Shown: in pieces, positions 8,877 to 23,084 of the stretch
Layout: each line of letters opens with the position of its first letter
How positions within the stretch are numbered: the stretch's first letter is position 1
Assembly (NCBI GenBank): GCA_016707895.1
Contig: JADJGV010000002.1
Coordinates: 527,695-591,694, forward strand
Reading direction: 5' to 3'
DNA: 64,000 bases
From: Myxococcales bacterium
GTDB lineage: Bacteria > Myxococcota_A > Polyangia > Haliangiales > Haliangiaceae
Position numbers and translations under genes: made by a program
The notes under the pieces: generated by a model
The model's input: only the letters and a program-made list of their open reading frames with translations
Told to the model about the DNA's origin: nothing
The model's database searches: none

Positions 8877-11423
8877 TCAGCGGGCGGTCGCGCGGGCGAC
8901 CGCCTGGCAGCGCGCGACGGCGGCCGCGGCGCGGGCCTCGAGCTGGTCCGAGAAGCTGCGGTCGAGGGTGGCGACGGCGCACGGGGTCGGGGTCGCGAAC
9001 AGCGTGAGCGGGGCGAAGGCCGCGGGCAGCGCCGCGATCGTGGCGGCGGCGCGATCGGGGCGCTCCAGCAGCGCGCCGACCGCCTCGGCGCGGATCATCA
9101 TCGGCAGCGGCGAGTCGGCGCCGGCGACCAGCGGCGTGACCTCGGCGGCGGGCAGCTCGGCCAGCGCGCGGCCCAGCGCCCGGGTCAGGGCCCGGCTGCG
9201 GTCGACGTCGGCGCTGGCGGCGGCGATCAGCGCGCGGCGCTGGGCGGCGTTGGCGCGGTGGCCGACGATCGCCAGGGCCGGCCCGAGCGACGTCGGCGCC
9301 AGCGCCGCGCCGCGCTGCCAGGCGGCGAACGTGCGGCGCGCCCAGCGGACCGCCGCGCGGTCGTCGCCGTAGATCCCGGCCAGCTCGAGCGCGATCGCGC
9401 GGGCCGCGGCGCGGTGGTCGGGTTCGCGCGGCGTCGGCAGCCGGCCCAGCGTGGTCAGCGCGCGATCGGTCGCGGCCCGCACCGCCCGCGCCAGCGCCGG
9501 CCGGCGGCGCGCGTCGGCCGCCCCCAGCACCACCGGCACCCACGGCGCCGCGGCGGCCAGCGCGATCGCGTCGCCGCTGGAGATCGCCGCGGCCAGCATC
9601 GCGGCGGCGTCGTCGCCGCTGGCGTGGTCGGCGACCACCGCGTCGAGGGTCGCGGCCAGCGCGTCGACCCGCTCGGGGGCGGTGAGCGGCGCGGCGGCCA
9701 GCGCCGCCCAGTCGCCGGGCGGGACCTCCCACCGGGCGTAGGCCTCGCCGTCGGGCACCGCCCACGGCGGGCAGCTCGCGCCGACCTCGATCGCGGCGAC
9801 GGCGTCGACCACCGCGCAGCCGCGGCCGGCCTGGGCGCCGCCCCACCGGACGCACAGCGGGGTCGGGCGCGGCGGGCCGATCGGTGACAGCCGCACCAGC
9901 GCGCGGCCGGCGTTGCACACCCGCTCCACCAGCACCGCCGGGACGCCGGGCTGCTCGATCGCCGCGCGCGCCACCTTCGCCACCGGCGCCTCGGGATCGA
10001 TCGCGGCCACCGCGTCGATCAGCGCGTCGCTGGTGACCACGCCCCACGGGCGGGCGTCGAGGTAGGCGCGCAGCGCGCCGCGCACCGCGCCGTCGCCCAG
10101 CCACGCGGCCAGCATGTGCATCACCGCCGCGCCCTTCTGGTAGGTAAGCTGATCGAACACCTGCCGCGCGTGCACCAGCGCCCGGGGCCGCAGCGCGCGG
10201 CCGTCGGCGCCGTCGCCGCCGGCGATCGTCAGCCGGTCGGCGACGTGCTCGGCGTCGACCCGGGTCGGCGTCGGCAGCGCGCGCAGCACGCGATCCGACA
10301 TCCAGGTCGCGAGGCCCTCGTTGAGCCACAGGTCGCGCCAGTCGGCCGGCGTGACCAGGCCGCCGAACCAGGCGTGGGCCAGCTCGTGGGCGATCACCAG
10401 CGCCAGCAGCGCCCGGCCGTCGGCGTCGCTCGGCCCCACCGCGATGTCGGCGGCGACCGTGATCAGCCCGGGGTTCTCCATCGCGCCGTTCATGTCGGGC
10501 ACGACGATCAGGTCGAGCTTGGGGTACGGGAACGGGCGATCGATCCACGCGGTCGACGCTGCCAGGATCGGCCCCAGCAGCGCGCGCGCGTGATCGACGT
10601 GGGCCAGCGCCGCCGGCGCGATCACCCGGGTCGGCAGCGGCGCGTCGGGGACGTCGACCGCGACGAAGTCGCCGACCGCGAACGCGATCAGGTAGGTCGG
10701 CAGCGGCGGCGTCGGCGCGAACCGATGCACGACCCAGTCGCCCTCGCGGGTGGCGCTGGTCAGCGGGCTGTTGGCGAACGCGGCGACGCGCTCCGGCGTG
10801 CGCAGCGTGGTGGTCACCGGCGCGCGCCAGCGCGGCTCGTCGAAGCACGGGAACGCGTGGCGCGCCTCGCTCGGCTCGAAGTCGGTGTACGCGAGGCGCG
10901 CGCCGCCGGCGTCCTGCACGAACAGGCCGTCGCGCTCGCGGTAGGCCCCGGCGAACGCGAGGTGCAGCGTCGCCGCGCCGGCCAGCGGCGTCGCGGTCGT
11001 CACGCCGACCAGCTCGGGCTGATCGGGCGGGCGGAGCACGGTCGCGACCGCGTCGCCGGCGCTGGTGGTGACGCTGGCGCCGGTCACCTGCAGGTCGGCG
11101 CCGGCCGACAGCCACACCGTGCGGGTGGCGGTGTCGACCGTCACGTCGATGTCGACGCGGCCCTGGTAGTCGGGCGCGGCGGGATCGACGGTGACGTCGA
11201 GGCGGTACGCCGTCGGCTGGACGTTGCTCGACAGCGCCGCGGGCGCCGGCGGCGGCGGCATCGGCCGGACGACCTCGCGCGGCCGCGGCAGGGTCGGCGG
11301 CGGCTGGGCCGCCGAGCCGCCGCCACACGCCGTCAGGACCAGGAGCGCGAGCCGACGGGCCACCGCGGGAGCTTGGCAGGTCCGGGCCGCGCCGCCTATC
11401 GGTCGCGTGGCCGGTTGTGGCAA
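8877..11423 (-). CDS. M1 family aminopeptidase N-like metallopeptidase, lipoprotein
   Basis: GAMEN motif (NGAMENPGL) and HEXXH-18-E (VIAHELAHAWFG...WLNEGLATW) are present. The track start is TTG. An internal GTG (VARRLALLVLTACGG signal) about 63 nt downstream may be the true start, because the divergent gene starts only 9 bp away. Confidence 0.85.
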   Translation of the reverse strand: MPQPATRPIGGAARTCQAPAVARRLALLVLTACGGGSAAQPPPTLPRPREVVRPMPPPPAPAALSSNVQPTAYRLDVTVDPAAPDYQGRVDIDVTVDTATRTVWLSAGADLQVTGASVTTSAGDAVATVLRPPDQPELVGVTTATPLAGAATLHLAFAGAYRERDGLFVQDAGGARLAYTDFEPSEARHAFPCFDEPRWRAPVTTTLRTPERVAAFANSPLTSATREGDWVVHRFAPTPPLPTYLIAFAVGDFVAVDVPDAPLPTRVIAPAALAHVDHARALLGPILAASTAWIDRPFPYPKLDLIVVPDMNGAMENPGLITVAADIAVGPSDADGRALLALVIAHELAHAWFGGLVTPADWRDLWLNEGLATWMSDRVLRALPTPTRVDAEHVADRLTIAGGDGADGRALRPRALVHARQVFDQLTYQKGAAVMHMLAAWLGDGAVRGALRAYLDARPWGVVTSDALIDAVAAIDPEAPVAKVARAAIEQPGVPAVLVERVCNAGRALVRLSPIGPPRPTPLCVRWGGAQAGRGCAVVDAVAAIEVGASCPPWAVPDGEAYARWEVPPGDWAALAAAPLTAPERVDALAATLDAVVADHASGDDAAAMLAAAISSGDAIALAAAAPWVPVVLGAADARRRPALARAVRAATDRALTTLGRLPTPREPDHRAAARAIALELAGIYGDDRAAVRWARRTFAAWQRGAALAPTSLGPALAIVGHRANAAQRRALIAAASADVDRSRALTRALGRALAELPAAEVTPLVAGADSPLPMMIRAEAVGALLERPDRAAATIAALPAAFAPLTLFATPTPCAVATLDRSFSDQLEARAAAAVARCQAVARATAR

Positions 11424-11432
11424 TAGTGGGGC

Positions 11433-15744
<4,312 letters not shown>

Positions 15745-15905
15745 GCGGGCAACTCCTTCGTCGAGACGTGGCCGTCCGTCGCGGGCGACCTGAGGCTCGT
15801 GTACCAGGAACGCTGGTGGCGGCGCCAGCGCGCCGGTGGCGTGGCGGGATGTGTCACGACGTCACGCCCGGGCGGGGCGGCGAAATCGCGCTAGGGTGGA
15901 GGGTG

Positions 15906-16586
15906 ATGCGAGTGGTCGCGAGCTATCCGGACCGCGCGGCCCTGGAGGTCGACGTGGCGCAGCAGCTGGCGAAGGGCGGGTTGCTGGTGCGGGGCGAGGT
16001 GCCAGCGGACGTCGAGCTGTTCGCGGCGGTCGAGCTGGAGGTGACGGCCGGGGACGCGTCGGTGTGCGTGGCGGCCCAGGTGCTGCAGATGTTCCCGGGG
16101 ATCGGGGTGGCGGTGGGCGTGGACGCGGCGGCGCGGGCGCAGATCGAGGCGCTGGCGCGCGGCGAGATCGCGGCGGTGGCCGCGGCGCCGGCCAGGCCCC
16201 GGGCCAACCACGCCGCCGAGATGCTCGAGAAGATCCAGCGCGCGCTCAACGGCGATCGCGACGCGCGCCAGGCGGTGCTGCGCGACCCCAACCGCACGAT
16301 CCACGTCCACGTGCTGCGCAACCCCGGGCTGCAGCTCGACGAGGTCGCGGCGATCGCGCGGATGACGACGGTGTCGACCGAGCTGCTCACCCAGCTCGCC
16401 GGCCGCCGCGAGTACGGCCACCGCCCGGAGATCGCGATCGCGCTGGTGCGCAACCCGACCCTGCCGGTGCCGGTCGCTGTCGAGCTGGTCGCCCGGGTCA
16501 ACGAGGCCGACCTCAAGCTGCTGGCCAAGGACAACCGCACCCGTGAACCGATCCAGCGCGCCGCCCGCAAGCGCCTGCTGCGCTGA
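15906..16586 (+). CDS. Hypothetical protein (possible PilZ-like N-terminal region plus helical repeats)
   Basis: In-frame ATG at 15906 follows an R-rich junk-like leader in ORF 15768..16586. Codon bias is good. No firm domain call. Confidence 0.35.
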   Translation: MRVVASYPDRAALEVDVAQQLAKGGLLVRGEVPADVELFAAVELEVTAGDASVCVAAQVLQMFPGIGVAVGVDAAARAQIEALARGEIAAVAAAPARPRANHAAEMLEKIQRALNGDRDARQAVLRDPNRTIHVHVLRNPGLQLDEVAAIARMTTVSTELLTQLAGRREYGHRPEIAIALVRNPTLPVPVAVELVARVNEADLKLLAKDNRTREPIQRAARKRLLR

Positions 16587-16645
16587 GCCGCGCGGTCGGG
16601 CGCCCCGTGGTGCGCGTCCCAGTGATCAGGGCGGAGACCTGTCGT

Positions 16646-17485
16646 ATGCTCGACGTTCCGATGCGTGCGTCTCTGGCCCGAACCATCGCGCTCGTTGCGC
16701 TGGCGTTTGCCCACGGCGGATGTCCCTCGCTGCCCGGGCATCGATGCGACCCGAGCGGCGATCGCTGCGGCCCCGCCGGGCGCTGCGAGCCCATCGGCGT
16801 GTGCGCCTTCCCGGAGGTCGGGTGCGCGTCGGGGTGGGCCTACGGCGACGAGGTGGCGGGCGACCTGGCGGGGACCTGTACGCCGCCCGACGAGATCGCG
16901 CCCGCGGCGATCGCCGGCATGACCGCGACGACGCCGACGACCACGACCGCCACCGTCTACTTCGTCGCGCCCGGCGACGACGGGGCCGTGGGCACGGCGG
17001 CGAGCTACGACCTGCGCTGGGCGACCGCGCCCATCACCGACGCGACCTGGGCCGCCGCGACGCCGGTCGCGGGGGAGCCGACGCCGGGTCCCGCGGGCGC
17101 CGAGCAGACGATCACCGTGACCGGGCTGACGGACAGCACCCCCTACTTCTTCGCGATCAAGACCACCGACGACGCGTCGCAGGAGTCGCCGCTCTCGAAC
17201 GTCGCCACCGCGACCACGCCGCCGCCCGGCTCCTTCACGCTCACCTACACCAAGGACGGGACCGGGTCGGGCACGGTGATCTCGGACCCGCCGGGCATCA
17301 ACTGCCGGGTCAGCTGCGCGGCCGGGTTCGCGAACAACACGCTGGTGACCCTGACCGCCACGCCCGACGTCGGCTCGACCTTCGTCGGCTGGACCGGGCT
17401 GGTCGGCGGCTGCATGGGCACCGGCACCTGCGCGGTCACGCTGAACGCGGACAAGGGGCGGCAGGCGACGTTCACGCCGCAGTGA
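16646..17485 (+). CDS. Secreted protein with fibronectin-III-like domain and divergent InlB B-repeat (List_Bact_rpt-like) domain
   Basis: GGAG lies 10 nt upstream of the ATG at 16646. A signal peptide and Cys-rich N-terminus are present. Motifs: FN3-like ...TVYFVAPGDDGAVGTAASYDLRW... and B-repeat TLTYTKDGTGSGTVISDPPGINCRVSCAAGFANNTLVTLTATPDVGSTFVGWTG. Confidence 0.5.
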   Translation: MLDVPMRASLARTIALVALAFAHGGCPSLPGHRCDPSGDRCGPAGRCEPIGVCAFPEVGCASGWAYGDEVAGDLAGTCTPPDEIAPAAIAGMTATTPTTTTATVYFVAPGDDGAVGTAASYDLRWATAPITDATWAAATPVAGEPTPGPAGAEQTITVTGLTDSTPYFFAIKTTDDASQESPLSNVATATTPPPGSFTLTYTKDGTGSGTVISDPPGINCRVSCAAGFANNTLVTLTATPDVGSTFVGWTGLVGGCMGTGTCAVTLNADKGRQATFTPQ

Positions 17486-17530
17486 CGCCGGTGGCTCCGT
17501 GCGCGGCCGGCGCGTGGGCCGCGCCTGGCC
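17486..17530. terminator. Putative bidirectional terminator hairpin between convergent genes
   Basis: Inverted repeat GCGCGGCC...GGCCGCGC in the 45-bp gap between the + gene ending at 17485 and the - gene ending at 17531. Confidence 0.3.
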
Positions 17531-18205
17531 TCACCCGCCGTCGAGGTAGTCGTCCCACGGGAAGCCGCGGGTGTGGAGCTGGAAGAAGCCGCGCGCCAGC
17601 AGCGCGTCGAAGTGCAGCAGCGTCAGCGTCAGCGGATCGCCGCGGACGATCTGTCGCTCGCGCACCGCGCCGCCGTCGGCGACGCGCGCCCGGGCGTGGG
17701 GCGGCGCCTGGTGGTAGCCGACCTCGCGATCGCCGTCGAAGACCCAGCCGTCGGCGACCTCGCAGTCGCCGCCCCAGAAGTCGGTGACGTACAGCGCCAC
17801 CGTCGCGCTGGTGGCGCGCGCCAGCGCCCGCGCGAACCGCCGCGCCGCGGCCCACGGCCCGTCGGGGTCGAGCGCCAGGCGCTGGTCGGGCGCGTCGAGG
17901 ACGCTGGCGTCGAAGGCGTCGGTGTCGAGCCAGTCGCGGCCGGGGTCGTCGGGGCCGCTCAGCTCGCGCACCACGACCAGCCCGCCGGCTGGCAGCACCG
18001 GCTCGTCGACGACGTCGAGGTACTCGGTCACCGACGGCTGGCCGGGCGGGCCGATCGTCACCGCGTCGACCTCGCGGGACGTCGTGCCGAACCGCGTCAG
18101 GTCCGGCACCAGGTAGCGGTGCCCGTCGAGGCGACGATCGGCGCGCAGCCGTGCCAGCACCGCCGGCGTCGGCGGCGCGTACAGGTGGCGGGCGTACCAC
18201 GTCAT
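17531..18205 (-). CDS. Hypothetical protein (224 aa)
   Basis: This is the C-terminal, non-junk part of ORF 17531..19714, starting at MTWYARHLY. It lies 8 nt downstream of the kinase-fusion gene on the same strand. Confidence 0.4.
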   Translation of the reverse strand: MTWYARHLYAPPTPAVLARLRADRRLDGHRYLVPDLTRFGTTSREVDAVTIGPPGQPSVTEYLDVVDEPVLPAGGLVVVRELSGPDDPGRDWLDTDAFDASVLDAPDQRLALDPDGPWAAARRFARALARATSATVALYVTDFWGGDCEVADGWVFDGDREVGYHQAPPHARARVADGGAVRERQIVRGDPLTLTLLHFDALLARGFFQLHTRGFPWDDYLDGG

Positions 18206-18213
18206 CGGTGCGT

Positions 18214-20349
18214 CTAGTACTCGAAGCCGCTGGCGCCGATGAACTCGCGGACGATCGACGTCGGCGGCACGTGGTCGGGGTAGATCGGGACGAAGCGCTC
18301 GAGGAGCTGCTGCAGGCGATACGCCATCGTGTAGCTGGGGTGCGAGCTGGGCACCTCGAGCAGGTAGCGCTGCGCGTAGACCTTGAGCACCGACAGCTCG
18401 TAGATCAGCGAGGTGTCGAACACCGCGTCGGCGCGGTGCTGGTGGGGGAAGATGTGGCGGCGCTCGCCGGCGCGCACGCTGGGCCAGCGGGCGATGCTGG
18501 CCGCGGCGTCGTGGCCGCGGCTGTGGCGATCGCGGACGATCCGGCGCAGCAGGCGCACGTCGGAGGTGTGCACCCGTGACAGCCGATCGAACGGCAGCTG
18601 GGTCAGCGGGCAGACGAACACCGCGAACACCGCGCCCGGCGGCACCAGCTCGGCCAGCCGCGGGTTGAGGCCGTGGATGCCCTCGGCCAGCAGCACGTCG
18701 TGGTCGCCGAGCCGCACCGTGCGGCCGGAGTTGCGCACGCTCGCGCCGCGGCGGAAGTCGTAGCGCGGCAGCTCGACCTCCTCGCCGCCGCACAGCCGGC
18801 CCAGGTGATCGGTCAACAGCTCGACCTCGAGCGCGTCGAACGCCTCGAAGTCGTACTCGCCCGACGCGTCGCGCGGCGTGCGCTCGCGATCGACGTAGTA
18901 GTCGTCGAGCGACAGCTCGTAGGGCGTCGCGCCGAGCACCTGCAGCTGGGTGCGCAGCCGCTTGATGAACGTGGTCTTGCCCGACGACGACGGGCCGGCG
19001 ATCGCCACCAGCCGCGCGCCGCTCTGGCGGATCTGGTCGGCGATCTCCGACACCCGGCGCTCGTGGTAGCCCTCGGCGACGCGGATCAGGTCCGACACCT
19101 TGCCGCCGACGCACAGCCGGTTGAACGCGCCGACGCTGTCGACGCCGAGCACGTCGAGCCAGCGCTCCTGGACGCTGGTCATGCGCTGCAGGATCGCCCG
19201 GGTCCGCCGCAGCTCGTCGTCGTCGACCGGCCGCGCCGCGCTGACCGGCGGGTACACCAGCAAGAGCTCGCCGTCCTCGGGCAAGACCCGCGCGCCGCCC
19301 AGCGCGCCGGCCGACGGCCCGACCGGATCGAGCGCCAGCGCGTGGACCTGGCCGAAGGTCGACACCGGCACCAGCGGCCCCAGCCAGGTCTCCAGGAGCG
19401 CGCTGACCTCGGGCCAGCCGGCGTCGGTGAAGTACTCGCGGGCCTCGTCGACGTACCACAGCTCCTCGCGCACCGGCAGATCGGCGGCGACCAGCGCCGC
19501 CAGCTCGCGCTCGAGCCGCGCCGCCAGCGCCGGCAGCTCGTCCTTGACCCGCCCGCGCACCCGCACGCGCTGGCCGAAGCCCAGCGAGTGGCCGAACGCC
19601 AGCTCGACGATCGGGTCGACCCGGCGGGCGGCCTCGAGCAACAGCAACGCGAGGCCGCGGCGGTGGATCCGCTCGCCATCGGCGGTGGCCGGCGTGATCG
19701 CCGCGACCGTGCACGGCGACGTGACCCGCTCGCCGAGCGACACCGGGCGCCGGTCGATCAGCGCCGCGACCACCGGCAGGTCGCCGACCGTCGCCGGCAG
19801 GAGCGCCCCCACCGCGACGCCGGTCGGCACGTCCTTGCGGTGGCCGAGCACGGTCACCTGCAGGCGCGCGCGCCGCGGCAGCGACCGCTCGCGCAGCAGC
19901 GCGCCGAGGCTGTCGGACACGTCGGTCAGCCGCGTGCGCAGGCCGGCGACGAACCGCTCGGTCAGGCGCAGCGCCACCGCCGGGTGGGCCGCGGCCAGCG
20001 CGCGGTAGGCGTCGAGCGCCAGGGTCGCCACCAGGAGCGGCGCGGTCGCGGTCACCGTCGCCGCCCGCGGCGCCTCGACCAGCAGGCCCAGCTCACCGAA
20101 GTACTCGCCGGGCAGCATCCGCGCCACCGCCACGCCGCCGCGGCTGGCCTCGGCCTCGCCCTCGAGCACCAGGTACAGCGTGCGGTCGCGGCCGCCCTCC
20201 TGCACCACCACCACGTCCTCGGCGAACGCCTCGCAGGTCAGCCGCTCGGTGAGCGCGTCGATCTGCTCGGGGGACAGCCCCTCGGTCAGCTCGCCACCGG
20301 CGCGGCGCAGCTCGTCGCGTGAGATCGGCACCCGCTCCGATCCTCGCAC
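18214..20349 (-). CDS. Cyclic-nucleotide-binding domain protein fused to a uridine/cytidine-kinase-family P-loop nucleotide kinase (middle TGS-like region)
   Basis: N-terminal cNMP-binding motif GEYFGELGLL. C-terminal Walker A IAGPSSSGKTTFIKRL with uridine-kinase/PRK-like downstream motifs. 711 aa. Confidence 0.7.
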   Translation of the reverse strand: MRGSERVPISRDELRRAGGELTEGLSPEQIDALTERLTCEAFAEDVVVVQEGGRDRTLYLVLEGEAEASRGGVAVARMLPGEYFGELGLLVEAPRAATVTATAPLLVATLALDAYRALAAAHPAVALRLTERFVAGLRTRLTDVSDSLGALLRERSLPRRARLQVTVLGHRKDVPTGVAVGALLPATVGDLPVVAALIDRRPVSLGERVTSPCTVAAITPATADGERIHRRGLALLLLEAARRVDPIVELAFGHSLGFGQRVRVRGRVKDELPALAARLERELAALVAADLPVREELWYVDEAREYFTDAGWPEVSALLETWLGPLVPVSTFGQVHALALDPVGPSAGALGGARVLPEDGELLLVYPPVSAARPVDDDELRRTRAILQRMTSVQERWLDVLGVDSVGAFNRLCVGGKVSDLIRVAEGYHERRVSEIADQIRQSGARLVAIAGPSSSGKTTFIKRLRTQLQVLGATPYELSLDDYYVDRERTPRDASGEYDFEAFDALEVELLTDHLGRLCGGEEVELPRYDFRRGASVRNSGRTVRLGDHDVLLAEGIHGLNPRLAELVPPGAVFAVFVCPLTQLPFDRLSRVHTSDVRLLRRIVRDRHSRGHDAAASIARWPSVRAGERRHIFPHQHRADAVFDTSLIYELSVLKVYAQRYLLEVPSSHPSYTMAYRLQQLLERFVPIYPDHVPPTSIVREFIGASGFEY

Positions 20350-20385
20350 GGCGGGGGCGGCGGCGTAACTGCTCGGCGGCGGTCT

Positions 20386-21084
20386 TCAGCGGGTGCAGCT
20401 GGGCAGCGGCTGGCTGGCCACGACCAGGTCGTCGACCAGCACGGTGGTGCCGCTGGCGGCCTCGGCCGCGACGTACGACAGGCCGATCTCGACGTCGCCG
20501 AACGCGCCGTCGGGACGGGTGTCGATCGCGGTGCGATCGGTGACCAGCGCGCCGTCGGCGCGGACGATGACCCGGCCGCCGGTGTCCGAGGCGACCAGCT
20601 CGAGCTCGACGCACACCCAGCGGTCGCGCGGCATCGGCGTCGGGTAGTCGAAGACGTTGGCGGTCGAGACGCCGACGCCCAGGTTGCCGGCGGCGATCTC
20701 GACGTTGGTGCCGGCGAACGGCGCGACCGCCTCGCCCAGGTGCAAGATCGACATGCCGGTGGCGTCGGCGCCGGTCGGCAGGTTGAGGTGGAACTTCGCG
20801 TAGTAGCGATCGCTCGCGCCCAGGCTGCGGGCGCGCACCGCCTTGCCGCCGCCGACCGCGACCGTGGCGTGCAGCGACTTCATGCCGCCGCTGGCGTCGC
20901 TATCGTCGAGCACCACCACGCCGCCGTCGACCAACGTGGTCCACGCCGGATCCTCGGCCTCGAAGGTGTTGCACGCGAGCAGCCCCTCGACCGCCCCGCA
21001 GTCGAGGACGTCCTCGGGCTCGGTGATGCTGCCGCACGCGGCGACGAACAGCCCGCTCACGGCGGCGATGGCGACCTGGCGCAT
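20386..21084 (-). CDS. Hypothetical lipoprotein
   Basis: Signal peptide plus lipobox (LFVAACGS). Co-oriented between the SWIM gene and the kinase-fusion gene. Confidence 0.5.
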   Translation of the reverse strand: MRQVAIAAVSGLFVAACGSITEPEDVLDCGAVEGLLACNTFEAEDPAWTTLVDGGVVVLDDSDASGGMKSLHATVAVGGGKAVRARSLGASDRYYAKFHLNLPTGADATGMSILHLGEAVAPFAGTNVEIAAGNLGVGVSTANVFDYPTPMPRDRWVCVELELVASDTGGRVIVRADGALVTDRTAIDTRPDGAFGDVEIGLSYVAAEAASGTTVLVDDLVVASQPLPSCTR

Positions 21085-21120
21085 CCGGCGATGCTAGCGC
21101 GGAAACCGCTGCCCACGCGG

Positions 21121-21173
21121 CCACGTGCCCGCGGTCACGGCGTCAGCTGCGCGGGGTCGCCGTTGGCGCCGGC
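21121..21173. repeat. 53-bp perfect direct repeat, copy A (3' end of SWIM gene + stop + 11 nt)
   Basis: CACGTGCCCGCGGTCACGGCGTCAGCTGCGCGGGGTCGCCGTTGGCGCCGGCG is identical to 30741..30793. On the minus strand it encodes ...AGANGDPAQLTP*. Confidence 0.7.
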
Positions 21174-23084
21174 GAGTCGCTCCAGATCGGCGTGAGGCGC
21201 CAGCGCGGCCAGGGCGAACAGGTCGAGGGTCGCGGCGACGTCCCCGGTACCGGCCCGGCCGAGCAGCGGCGCCAGCCGCGACATCGCCAGCGCGGTCGCG
21301 GCCGTGCCGGCGCGGACCGCGAGCGGCGCGGCGGCGCGGAGCCCCTGCAGCAGCGTCGCGTCGAGGAAGTCGTGCCAGGCCCGCCGCACCGGTCGCAGCG
21401 GGTCGTCGCCGGGGTCGCCGGGCGCGTCGTGCGGACCATCGGCGGCGGGCGCGTCGGGCGCGGCGGCGCGGGGCGGCGCGACGTCGAGGACGACCAGCCG
21501 GGTCGTGACGACGGCCAGCGGTCGCATGCGCCAGCCAGCGGCCCGGGCCTCGAGGACACCGGCGACGAAGCGTGGCGTGGCGGCCAGGGCCGCGGCCAGC
21601 GCGTCGACCGCGCCCGGGCACACCGCCTCGAAGTCGCAGCACAACGTCAGCGGGTTGTCGGCGGCGTCGTGCACCACCGCGATCAGCTCGAGCCCGTCGG
21701 CGCTCACCGCGACCCGCGCGACGCGCGCGATCGCCACCACCGCCACGCCGTGGCCGATCAAGCGCGGGGCCACCACCGCGGGCGGCCCCGCGGCGAGCCG
21801 GCGGGCGTGGGCGCGCAGGTCGCGCACCAGGATCGGCTCGGGCAACGCGTCCCAGCCGCCGCCCGCCGGGAGCAGCGTCGACTGCATGCTGCGCGACGCG
21901 CCGAGATCGAGCGCCCCGTTGGCCTTGCGCCGCGCCGCCCGGGTCACCAGCTCGCCCTGCACCAGCTCGGTGATCGACATCCGGCTCGACGCGAACAGCC
22001 TGCCGAGCTCGGGGCCGTTGCGGCGCTCGCCGCTCCACGCCTTGGCCAGCACCAGCACGGTCGCGGTGTCGGGATCGACGAAGTACAGCGACGCCAGCCG
22101 GCGATCATCGTCGGCGACCAAGCGACAGCCCAACGCCACCAGCCGCACCTTCTCCATCGCGACGTCGGCTGGCGCGTCGCTGCCCAGCACCCACGCCGGC
22201 CGCAGCTCGGGCACGTCAGCCGCCGCGGCGCGCGCCCGCACCAGCAGCTCGCCGACCAGCGCGGTCAGCGTCGCGGCGCGGAAGCTGGCCTTCGCGGCGG
22301 CCAAGCGGTCGACCTCGCGCTCGTAGGCCTCGCAGGCGTCGGCGATCCACGCCCACCGCTCGCGCACCGCCAGCGCGCGCAGCGCCTCGGTCCGCTCGGC
22401 GGCGCCCGGCGCGGTCACGCCGAACTGGCAGATCTGCGCGGCCCACTGCTCGACCGCGTCGCGCGCGGTCACGCCAGCTCGAGCCGCCCCCTCGGTGGCG
22501 GCGCCGCCGCCGAACACCGCCAAGCCACCGTCGGGGCGCTGGCGGAACCCGCGCACGGCCAGGACGACGTGTTCGCACGCGGCGCCCTTGCTGCAGTCGC
22601 ACTTGGCGAAGGGCAGCGACCCCGGCACCAGGAACTGCACGGTGGCCATCGGCAAGCGAGCCACTGGCGCAGCCCCGGCCTCGACGGTGATGGTCAGCCC
22701 GGCGGCGGCCAGGCGGTCCGCGATGGCGACGCCGGCGCCGCAGGTCGCGGCCACCTCGGCGTCGTTGAACGCCCCGGGATCCCACGCGGTCGCCGCCGCC
22801 GCGGTGCTGCCGAACTGCCGCTGGTAGGCGAGCACCGCGGTCAGCCGGTGCCGACACACCGTCGCGGCGCCGCAGGTGCACGGCGCCGCGGCCAGGGTCG
22901 CTCGCGGCGGCAAGCGGGTGGTCGCGCCGTCCTTGCTGACCGCGACCACCGTGCCGTCGGCGTCGACGGTGAGGTCGGTCACCGCGCCGGCCTCGGCGTC
23001 CTTCAGCGCGCGCTTGACCAGGCCGACGTTGGCCAGGCGGGTGAGCGCGTCGGTCGTGAGCGCCAGCAGATCGGCGCGCGTCAC
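21135..23084 (-). CDS. SWIM zinc-finger domain protein (YehQ-like)
   Basis: SWIM CxC...CxH signature CTCGAATVCRHRLTAVLAY. GTG start overlaps the TGA of the upstream vWA gene (GTGA). Confidence 0.7.
   Translation of the reverse strand: MTRADLLALTTDALTRLANVGLVKRALKDAEAGAVTDLTVDADGTVVAVSKDGATTRLPPRATLAAAPCTCGAATVCRHRLTAVLAYQRQFGSTAAAATAWDPGAFNDAEVAATCGAGVAIADRLAAAGLTITVEAGAAPVARLPMATVQFLVPGSLPFAKCDCSKGAACEHVVLAVRGFRQRPDGGLAVFGGGAATEGAARAGVTARDAVEQWAAQICQFGVTAPGAAERTEALRALAVRERWAWIADACEAYEREVDRLAAAKASFRAATLTALVGELLVRARAAAADVPELRPAWVLGSDAPADVAMEKVRLVALGCRLVADDDRRLASLYFVDPDTATVLVLAKAWSGERRNGPELGRLFASSRMSITELVQGELVTRAARRKANGALDLGASRSMQSTLLPAGGGWDALPEPILVRDLRAHARRLAAGPPAVVAPRLIGHGVAVVAIARVARVAVSADGLELIAVVHDAADNPLTLCCDFEAVCPGAVDALAAALAATPRFVAGVLEARAAGWRMRPLAVVTTRLVVLDVAPPRAAAPDAPAADGPHDAPGDPGDDPLRPVRRAWHDFLDATLLQGLRAAAPLAVRAGTAATALAMSRLAPLLGRAGTGDVAATLDLFALAALAPHADLERLAGANGDPAQLTP

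Noticed and set aside
17531-19714. 727-aa ORF overlapping the kinase-fusion gene
   Set aside because: Only its C-terminal 224 aa (from MTWYARHLY) look protein-like. The N-terminal ~500 aa are the alternate frame of gene 18214..20349.
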